A stretch of 32,000 bases of DNA from the NCBI RefSeq assembly GCF_001457615.1, contig NZ_LN831024.1, forward strand, positions 5,760,001-5,792,000. Reading direction: 5' to 3'. Shown here piece after piece: positions 25,994 to 32,000 of the stretch (position 1 is its first letter; each line of letters starts with the position of its first letter). The DNA is from Pseudomonas aeruginosa (lineage in GTDB: Bacteria > Pseudomonadota > Gammaproteobacteria > Pseudomonadales > Pseudomonadaceae). A program made the translations under genes and the position numbers. The notes beneath the pieces were generated by a model. That model did not search any database, was not told the origin of the DNA, and saw nothing but the letters and a program-made list of their open reading frames with translations.

Positions 25994-26841
25994 TTGCTCG
26001 TCTCGTGCCGGGAACGGCCGTAGGCCTGGGTGATGCGGTCGATCACCACCGCGAGGATGACGATCGCCAGGCCGGCTTCCAGGCCCTTGCCCACGTTCAG
26101 CGTCTGGATGCCCACCAGTACGTCTTCGCCGAGGCCGCGGGCGCCGATCATCGAAGCGATCACCACCATCGACAGGGCCATCATGGTGGTCTGGTTGATC
26201 CCCGCCATGATGCTCGGCAGGGCCAGCGGCAACTGCACGCCGAACAGCTGCTGCCAGCGGTTGGCGCCGAAGGCGTTGACCGCCTCCATCACCTCGCTGT
26301 CGACCTGGCGGATGCCCAGGTCGGTGAGGCGGATCAGCGGCGGCGCGGCATAGATCACGGTGGCGAAGATCGCCGGCACCTTGCCCAGGCCGAACAGCAT
26401 CAGCACCGGGATCAGGTACACGAAGCTGGGCATGGTCTGCATGATGTCCAGCAGCGGCATCAGTACCGCGCGCAGGCGGTTGCTGCGCGCGGCGAGGATG
26501 CCCAGGGGGATGCCGATCAGCACCGAGATGAAGGTCGCCACCAGCATCAGCGCGAGGGTCTGCATCAGCTTGTCCCAGAGGCCGACGGCGCCGACCAGGA
26601 ACAGCAGGCCGGTGATCACCAGGGTCGGCAGCAGGCGCCGGGTGGCGTGCCAGGCGATCGCCGCGACGATCGCCAGCAACAGCCACCAGGGCGTGGCGCG
26701 GAGTAGCCCTTCGAGGTTGACGATGGCCCACAGCAGGGTGTCGGAGATCTTGCGGAACAGGTCGCCGTAGTTGGTCACCAGGGCGTCGACCCAAGCGTTG
26801 ACCCAGTCGGCGATGGAAAATGTCAGGCGTTCGGGAAACAT
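25990..26841 (-). CDS. ProW-type ABC transporter permease (HutW-like), 283 aa
   Basis: Polytopic membrane protein with the glycine-betaine/proline permease family pattern ([32 protein letters not shown]). Confidence 0.9.
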   Translation of the reverse strand: MFPERLTFSIADWVNAWVDALVTNYGDLFRKISDTLLWAIVNLEGLLRATPWWLLLAIVAAIAWHATRRLLPTLVITGLLFLVGAVGLWDKLMQTLALMLVATFISVLIGIPLGILAARSNRLRAVLMPLLDIMQTMPSFVYLIPVLMLFGLGKVPAIFATVIYAAPPLIRLTDLGIRQVDSEVMEAVNAFGANRWQQLFGVQLPLALPSIMAGINQTTMMALSMVVIASMIGARGLGEDVLVGIQTLNVGKGLEAGLAIVILAVVIDRITQAYGRSRHETSK

Positions 26842-26865
26842 GGTCTGCTCTCGTCGGTCGTGGGT

Positions 26866-27834
26866 TCAGAGTGCCGCTTCGATCTTCTTCGCCGCGTCCT
26901 CGTCGACCCAGGCGTGCCAGACCTCGGGGTGCTCCTTGAGGAATTCGCGCGCCAGGCGCGCTGCATCGATCCTGTCCTTGGCCATCCGCGCCAGGTCGCT
27001 GTTCAGCAGCTCCGCCGGCAGGTTGACCTTCTCCAGCACCGCCACCAGCTCCGGCGCCTGGTCGTGGAAGGTCCGCGACAGGCCGACCTGGATCCTGATG
27101 CGCTTGTCGACGCCGGGCCTTTCCTCCAGGCGCACCAGGTCGGCACGGCCCATCAGCGGCGTCGGCGACCAGTAGTAGAACAGGATAGGCTCGCCGCGCC
27201 GATAGCTCGACAGCACCGCCGCGTCCAGTGCCGGGCCGGTGCCCGGACGGAAATTGGTGAACGTCTCTTCCAGGCCGTAGCTTTTCAGCATCTCGCTGTT
27301 CTCCAGCTCGCAAGTCCAGCCGGCCGGGCAATTGTAGAAGCGCCCCTTGCCCGGCTCTTCCGGGTCGCGGAAGACCTCGGCGTACTGCGCCAGGTCGGCG
27401 ATAGAGCGCAGCTTCGGCGCCTTCGCCTCGAGCTTGCGCTGCGGGTCGCCCTCGATCACGTAGCGCGGCACGTACCAGCCCTCCACCGCGCCGACGATGG
27501 GTTCGCCGACGCCGACCACCTTGCCGGCCGCGGCAGCCTTGTTCCAGGCGTCGCTGCGGCCGATCCACTCCTCGGCGAAGACCTGGATGTCATTGGTGCT
27601 CAGCGCCTGCTCCATGGTGATCGAGTTGCCCGGCAGGCTGTCGGTGGTACAGCCGTAGCCCTTGGCCAGGACGAACTGCATCAGCTCGGTGAGCAGGGTC
27701 CCGCTCTCCCAGTTCAGCCCGGCGAACTTCACCGCCTTGCCGGACTCGCACCAGCCTTCCGCCTGGGCGCCCGCCGCGGCGGCGAGCAGGCCGAGGGCAC
27801 AGAGAACACTCAACATCGACTTCTTGTATCGCAT
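26866..27834 (-). CDS. ProX-type periplasmic substrate-binding protein (HutX-like), 322 aa
   Basis: Start set at the ATG at 27834 ([27 protein letters not shown]), giving a signal peptide and GGAG 9 nt upstream; the ORF track starts at 27855. First gene of the coupled operon. Confidence 0.87.
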   Translation of the reverse strand: MRYKKSMLSVLCALGLLAAAAGAQAEGWCESGKAVKFAGLNWESGTLLTELMQFVLAKGYGCTTDSLPGNSITMEQALSTNDIQVFAEEWIGRSDAWNKAAAAGKVVGVGEPIVGAVEGWYVPRYVIEGDPQRKLEAKAPKLRSIADLAQYAEVFRDPEEPGKGRFYNCPAGWTCELENSEMLKSYGLEETFTNFRPGTGPALDAAVLSSYRRGEPILFYYWSPTPLMGRADLVRLEERPGVDKRIRIQVGLSRTFHDQAPELVAVLEKVNLPAELLNSDLARMAKDRIDAARLAREFLKEHPEVWHAWVDEDAAKKIEAAL

Positions 27835-27924
27835 GGTTCGACGCTCCAGATGCACGATTGGGAAAGGCAGTTGGAAAACCTGCGGGCCGCGCCCGGGGGA
27901 ACGGCCTCGATCGTTGTTATTGGC

Positions 27925-27942
27925 CGGCGGCTCAGGCCGCCG
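27925..27942 (-). terminator. GC-rich stem-loop after the APC permease gene
   Basis: CGGCGGC-tcag-GCCGCCG, a 7-bp stem, lying 10 nt after the stop. No U-tract on the minus strand, so its function (terminator or RNA stabiliser) is uncertain. Confidence 0.3.
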
Positions 27943-27951
27943 TCGGTTCCG

Positions 27952-29355
27952 TCACAGCCCTCCCTGGGCCTGAAGCACGCCATGCGCGGCATCGCCCTTC
28001 GGCCTGACCCAGCGCCGGTAGGCGATCACCAGCAAGGCGATCCAGATAGCCCCGACCCACAGGGCCGGGCGGGTGTCCGGGAAATAGCCGAGCACCACGA
28101 AGATGAACAGCATGAAGACGATCGCCGCCGCCGGCGCGAATGGCCACAGCGGCACCGGGAACTTCAGCGCGGCGACCTGGCGCGGCCCCATGCGCCGGCG
28201 CATGCCGACCTGGGCCAGGAGGATCATCAGCCAGACCCACACGGTGGCGAAGGTGGCGATGGAAGCGATCAACAGGAATACGCTCTGCGGGATCAGGTAG
28301 TTCAGCGCCACGCCGAGCAGCAGGGCCACCGCCATCAGCAGCACGGTCATCCACGGCACGCCGTGCCGCGACACCCGCGAGAAGCCGACCGGCGCCTGGC
28401 CCTGGCGGGCCATGCCGTAGAGCATGCGACCGGCGCCGAAGATGTCGCTGTTGATCGCCGAAATCGCCGCGGTGATCACCACGACATTTAGGATCGCCGC
28501 GGCCGACTCGATCCCCAGGCCGTCGAAGATCTGCACGAAGGGACTGCCGTTGCTGCCGATCTGCTGCCAGGGGAAGATCGCCATCAGCACGAACAGGGTC
28601 AGCACGTAGAACAGCAGGATGCGCAGCGGCACCGCATTGATCGCCCGCGGGATCACCCGCTGCGGGTCCTGCGCCTCGCCGGCGGTGATGCCGATGATCT
28701 CGATGCCGCCGAAGGCGAACACCACCACCGACAGCGAGGCGACCAGCCCGGCCCAACCGTTGGGCAGGAAGCCGCCGTGCTGCCACAGGTTGTGCACGCC
28801 GGTGGCGGACGTCGCCGCGCCGTCCAGGCTGAAGCCGAAGAACATGATGCCGAGCCCGGCGAGGATCATCGCGACGATGGCGCCGACCTTGACCAGCGAC
28901 AGCCAGAACTCCAGCTCGCCGAAGACCTTGACATGGCAGAGGTTCAGCCCGCCGATGAACAGCACGATGGACAGTACCCAGATCCAGCGCGGCACGTCGG
29001 GAAACCAGAACCCCATGTAGATGCCGAACGCGGTGACATCGGCGAGGCAGACGATGATCATCTCGAAAGCGTAGGTCCAGCCGGTGACGAACCCGGCCAG
29101 GGGGCCGAGATAGCTGCTGGCGTAATGGCCGAACGAGCCGGACACCGGCTCGTGCACCGCCATCTCGCCGAGCGCGCGCATCACCATGTACACCGCCGCG
29201 CCGGCGACCAGGTAGGCCAGCAGCACCGCCGGCCCGGCCATCTGGATGGCCGATGCGGAACCGTAGAACAGGCCGGTGCCGATCGCCGACCCCAGTGCCA
29301 TGAAACGAATATGACGGGCGTTCAGCCCGCGCCGAAGCCCCGTGTCGTGCGTCAT
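27952..29355 (-). CDS. hutT: APC-family amino-acid permease (histidine/proline permease type), 467 aa
   Basis: Start set at the ATG at 29355 ([33 protein letters not shown]), with AGGAGAG 7 nt upstream; the ORF track starts at 29463. About 12 TM segments and the AroP/ProY-like signature. The symbol is assigned from hut-locus context. Confidence 0.85.
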   Translation of the reverse strand: MTHDTGLRRGLNARHIRFMALGSAIGTGLFYGSASAIQMAGPAVLLAYLVAGAAVYMVMRALGEMAVHEPVSGSFGHYASSYLGPLAGFVTGWTYAFEMIIVCLADVTAFGIYMGFWFPDVPRWIWVLSIVLFIGGLNLCHVKVFGELEFWLSLVKVGAIVAMILAGLGIMFFGFSLDGAATSATGVHNLWQHGGFLPNGWAGLVASLSVVVFAFGGIEIIGITAGEAQDPQRVIPRAINAVPLRILLFYVLTLFVLMAIFPWQQIGSNGSPFVQIFDGLGIESAAAILNVVVITAAISAINSDIFGAGRMLYGMARQGQAPVGFSRVSRHGVPWMTVLLMAVALLLGVALNYLIPQSVFLLIASIATFATVWVWLMILLAQVGMRRRMGPRQVAALKFPVPLWPFAPAAAIVFMLFIFVVLGYFPDTRPALWVGAIWIALLVIAYRRWVRPKGDAAHGVLQAQGGL

Positions 29356-29390
29356 CCCTCGGCTCTCCTGTTGTTGTTCTTGCTGGAGCG

Positions 29391-29410
29391 CCCCGGCCGA
29401 GCGGCCGGGG
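29391..29410 (-). terminator. Perfect GC stem-loop between hutH and the permease gene
   Basis: CCCCGGCCG-ag-CGGCCGGGG, a 20-nt near-perfect palindrome, 8 nt after the hutH stop. No U-tract, so probably an attenuator or processing/stability element rather than a full terminator. Confidence 0.35.
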
Positions 29411-29417
29411 GCGGGTA

Positions 29418-30947
29418 TCAAAGGCTCGGCAACAGCCGGGCCGGCAGCAGCGCGTTCAGGCAACCGCTGGCGAGCAACTGGCTGGCGGCCTCGATATCAG
29501 GGGCGAAGAAGCGATCCTCCTGGTAGTACGGCACCTTGTCGCGCAGCAGGCGGCGAGCCTGCTCCAGCTTCGGCGAACTCTTCAGGCCCTCGCGGAAGTC
29601 CAGGCCCTGGCAGGCGCCCAGCCATTCCACGGCGAGAATCCCGCGGACGTTCTCGGCCATCGCCCAGAGCCGTTTGCCGGCGTTCGGCGCCATCGACACG
29701 TGGTCTTCCTGGTTGGCCGAGGTCGGCAGGCTGTCGACGCTGGCCGGATGGGCCAGGGCCTTGTTGTCGCTGGCCAGCGCGGCGGCGGTGACCTGGGCGA
29801 TCATGAAGCCGGAGTTGACCCCGCCGTTGGCCACCAGGAACGGCGGCAACTGCGACATGTGCATGTCCATCATCAGCGAGATGCGCCGTTCCGACAGCGA
29901 ACCGATCTCGGCCAACGCCAGGGCCAGGTTGTCGGCGGCCATCGCCACCGGTTCGGCGTGGAAGTTGCCGCCGGAGATCACGTCGCCCTCGGCGGCGAAT
30001 ACCAGCGGGTTGTCGGACACCGCGTTGGCTTCGATCTCCAGCACCTCGGCGGCCTGGCGCATCTGGGTCAGGCAGGCGCCCATCACCTGCGGCTGGCAAC
30101 GCAGCGAATAGGGGTCCTGGACCTTGTCGCACTTCTCATGGGAACGCGCCACCTCGCTGCTGGCGGTGAGCAGGTCGCGATAGGCCGCGGCCACGTCGAT
30201 CTGCCCACGCTGGCCGCGCGCGGCGTGGATGCGCGCATCGAACGGCGCCCGCGAACCGAGCATGGCCTCGACGCTGAGCCCGCCGCAGACGGTGGCGGCG
30301 GCGAACAGGTCCTCGGCCTCGAACAACCCGCGCAGCGCGTAGGCGGTGGACACCTGGGTACCATTGAGCAGGGCCAGGCCTTCCTTCGCCGCCAGGGTCA
30401 GCGGCTCCAGCCCGGCCACCGCCAGCGCCTCGGCGGCCGGCAGCCACTCACCGCGATGGCGCGCCCGGCTTTCGCCGATCAGCACCAGCGACATGTGCGC
30501 CAGCGGCGCCAGGTCGCCGGAGGCGCCCACCGAGCCTTTCAGCGGGATGTGCGGATAGACCTCGGCGTTGATCAGCGCGATCAGCGCGTCGATCACCTTG
30601 CGGCGGATGCCGGAGAACCCGCGAGCCAGGCTGTTCACCTTGAGCAGCATGACCAGCCGCACCATGGCGTCGTCCAGCGCCTCGCCGACGCCGGCGGCAT
30701 GGGACAGGACGATGGAGCGCTGGAGCTTCTCCAGGTCGGCCGGTGAGATCCGCGTCGAGGCCAGAAGGCCGAAACCGGTATTGATGCCGTAGGCGGTGCG
30801 GCCCTCGGCGATGATGTTCTCGACACAGGCGACGCTGGCGGCGACCGGCGCGTCGGCGCTGGGATCCAGGCTCAGGCGCACGGGGGCCAGGTAGGCTTGG
30901 CGCAGGTCGGCCAGGGTCAGCTGGCCGGGTTTCAGATGCAGGCTCAT
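29418..30947 (-). CDS. hutH: Histidine ammonia-lyase (histidase), 509 aa
   Basis: Canonical MIO motif [14 protein letters not shown], plus [41 protein letters not shown]. Confidence 0.95.
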   Translation of the reverse strand: MSLHLKPGQLTLADLRQAYLAPVRLSLDPSADAPVAASVACVENIIAEGRTAYGINTGFGLLASTRISPADLEKLQRSIVLSHAAGVGEALDDAMVRLVMLLKVNSLARGFSGIRRKVIDALIALINAEVYPHIPLKGSVGASGDLAPLAHMSLVLIGESRARHRGEWLPAAEALAVAGLEPLTLAAKEGLALLNGTQVSTAYALRGLFEAEDLFAAATVCGGLSVEAMLGSRAPFDARIHAARGQRGQIDVAAAYRDLLTASSEVARSHEKCDKVQDPYSLRCQPQVMGACLTQMRQAAEVLEIEANAVSDNPLVFAAEGDVISGGNFHAEPVAMAADNLALALAEIGSLSERRISLMMDMHMSQLPPFLVANGGVNSGFMIAQVTAAALASDNKALAHPASVDSLPTSANQEDHVSMAPNAGKRLWAMAENVRGILAVEWLGACQGLDFREGLKSSPKLEQARRLLRDKVPYYQEDRFFAPDIEAASQLLASGCLNALLPARLLPSL

Positions 30948-31043
30948 CGAAGGCTCCTTGTTCGGTTCGGCGGGCTCGGCAGCGCCGTCCGCCAGCGGCG
31001 TTTCATGGGATTGAAGGCGGCCGCGCCGCCCTGGAAATTCGTC

Positions 31044-32000
31044 TCAGGCCCCGTGCGCGGGACGTTCGAAGGCGCCGGGATCGGCCGGCAGGATCATTCG
31101 CGCCGGGGCCTGGCGCGTGGCCTTGCGCCGCGCCACCAGGTAGTAGAGGACCGCCGGCACCAGCAAGCCGATGATCCAGGAGATATCCACGCCGCCGAGG
31201 TGCTCGACCATCGGTCCGGTGTACAGCGTGGTCGCCAGGAACGGCATCTGCACCAGCACGCCGAGGGTATAGACGGCGATTCCCGGCAGGTTCCAGCGAC
31301 CGTAGCGGCCGTCGGGGTCGGCCAGCGCGGGCACGTCATAGCGCTCGCGGGTGATGAAGTAGTAGTCGACCAGGTTCACCGCGCTCCACGGGGTGAAGAA
31401 GGTCAGCAGGAACAGGATGAAGGACTTGAACGCAGCGAGGAACGAGTGCTGGCCGAGCAGCGCGATGAGCGTCGAGGCGCCGACGATCACGAGGACGAAG
31501 AACAGGCGTTGCAGGCGGGTGATCTCCAGCTGACCGCGTACGCTGCTGATGATGGTCGCGATGCACATGAAGCTTCCGTAGGAGTTCAGCGTGGAAATGG
31601 TCACCTTGCCGAAGGCGATGCTGAAGTAGAGCAGCGCGGCGACGGTCCCGCTGCTGCCCAGGCCGACGATGTAGGCCACCTCGCGGCCGGCGAACTGACC
31701 GTTGGCCAGGGCTGCGGAGAACACCCCGAGGACCATCGAGGCCTGGGCGCCGAGCACCGAGCCGAGGCCGACGGCGAGGAAGGTCTTCCACGACGAGGTG
31801 GACGCCGGCAGGTAGCGTGAATAGTCGGCCACGTAGGGGCCGAAGGCGATCTGCCAGGACGCCGCCAGGGACACCGCGAGGAGGAACGAGGCCCAGCTGA
31901 AGTGGCGGATGGCGAGCAGATCGCCGATGTCGCTGAGCAGCATCAGGCGGCTGAACAGGTAGACGAAGGCGATGATGCCGAGGACGCTGGCGATCCGCCC
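31044..32000 (-). CDS. NCS1-family (cytosine/purine/uracil/allantoin-type) permease, 5'-truncated by the window edge
   Basis: The frame stays open from 31943 to position 32000 (GRIASVLGIIAFVYLFSRL precedes the ORF-track Met). Hydrophobic polytopic sequence. Its position next to hutH suggests a hut-associated transporter. Confidence 0.8.
   Translation of the reverse strand, partial: GRIASVLGIIAFVYLFSRLMLLSDIGDLLAIRHFSWASFLLAVSLAASWQIAFGPYVADYSRYLPASTSSWKTFLAVGLGSVLGAQASMVLGVFSAALANGQFAGREVAYIVGLGSSGTVAALLYFSIAFGKVTISTLNSYGSFMCIATIISSVRGQLEITRLQRLFFVLVIVGASTLIALLGQHSFLAAFKSFILFLLTFFTPWSAVNLVDYYFITRERYDVPALADPDGRYGRWNLPGIAVYTLGVLVQMPFLATTLYTGPMVEHLGGVDISWIIGLLVPAVLYYLVARRKATRQAPARMILPADPGAFERPAHGA

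Noticed and set aside
25163-27568. 801-aa minus-strand ORF suggesting a giant ABC fusion protein
   Set aside because: Only the last 276 codons look like protein (ProV-type ATPase). The upstream 525 codons are an alternative frame of the permease and binding-protein genes and read as Arg/Gly/Pro-rich noise. The ATG at 25993 overlaps the permease stop.
1872-29463. N-terminal extensions in the ORF track for several genes (1872..2756, 7956..9203, 8926..9585, 10532..11308, 12157..13179, 21636..22610, 26866..27855, 27952..29463)
   Set aside because: In each case an internal start gives a canonical N-terminus (signal peptide, wHTH or family-typical start) and a Shine-Dalgarno sequence. The extensions are Arg/Pro/Ser-rich and overlap neighbouring genes or promoters.
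27835-31043. Search for a HutC (GntR-type) operator with a TGTA..TACA dyad upstream of the hut transcription units in the window
   Set aside because: No such dyad was seen in the gaps 27835-27951, 29356-29417 or 30948-31043. The regulated promoter is probably outside the window, upstream of hutU.

Overview
High-GC (about 65%) chromosomal segment. Gene content and order match what I recall of Pseudomonas aeruginosa PA5074-PA5099; this rests on memory and motifs, since no search was possible. Almost everything is on the minus strand. Left to right: the 3' end of an unknown CDS; a polar amino-acid ABC transporter operon; opgGH (periplasmic glucan synthesis) with a clear terminator; dtd-pip; a divergent NUDIX hydrolase gene; dguABC and the divergent LysR gene dguR. 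Next comes an orphan T6SS island: vgrG, then a two-HKD phospholipase D effector (PldB/Tle5b-like), then four tandem Sel1-repeat immunity genes (Tli5b-like). After that is the histidine-utilisation cluster: hutG, hutI, a HAL-like paralogue, a ProU-type ABC transporter, an APC permease, hutH and a truncated NCS1 permease. No rRNA, tRNA, CRISPR, integrase or transposase was seen. The most notable observations are all in or near the T6SS island. (1) There are four immunity paralogues, where I recall three being described, with a mosaic pattern of conservation and one chimeric copy. (2) That chimeric copy carries a compensating pair of 1-nt indels that rewrite its signal peptide. (3) The PLD effector reading frame is broken by an apparent 1-nt frameshift. 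(4) A sharp drop in GC starts inside the 3' end of the effector gene and runs through the immunity array. Separately, the HAL-like gene in the hut operon lacks the Ala-Ser-Gly triad that forms the MIO cofactor.
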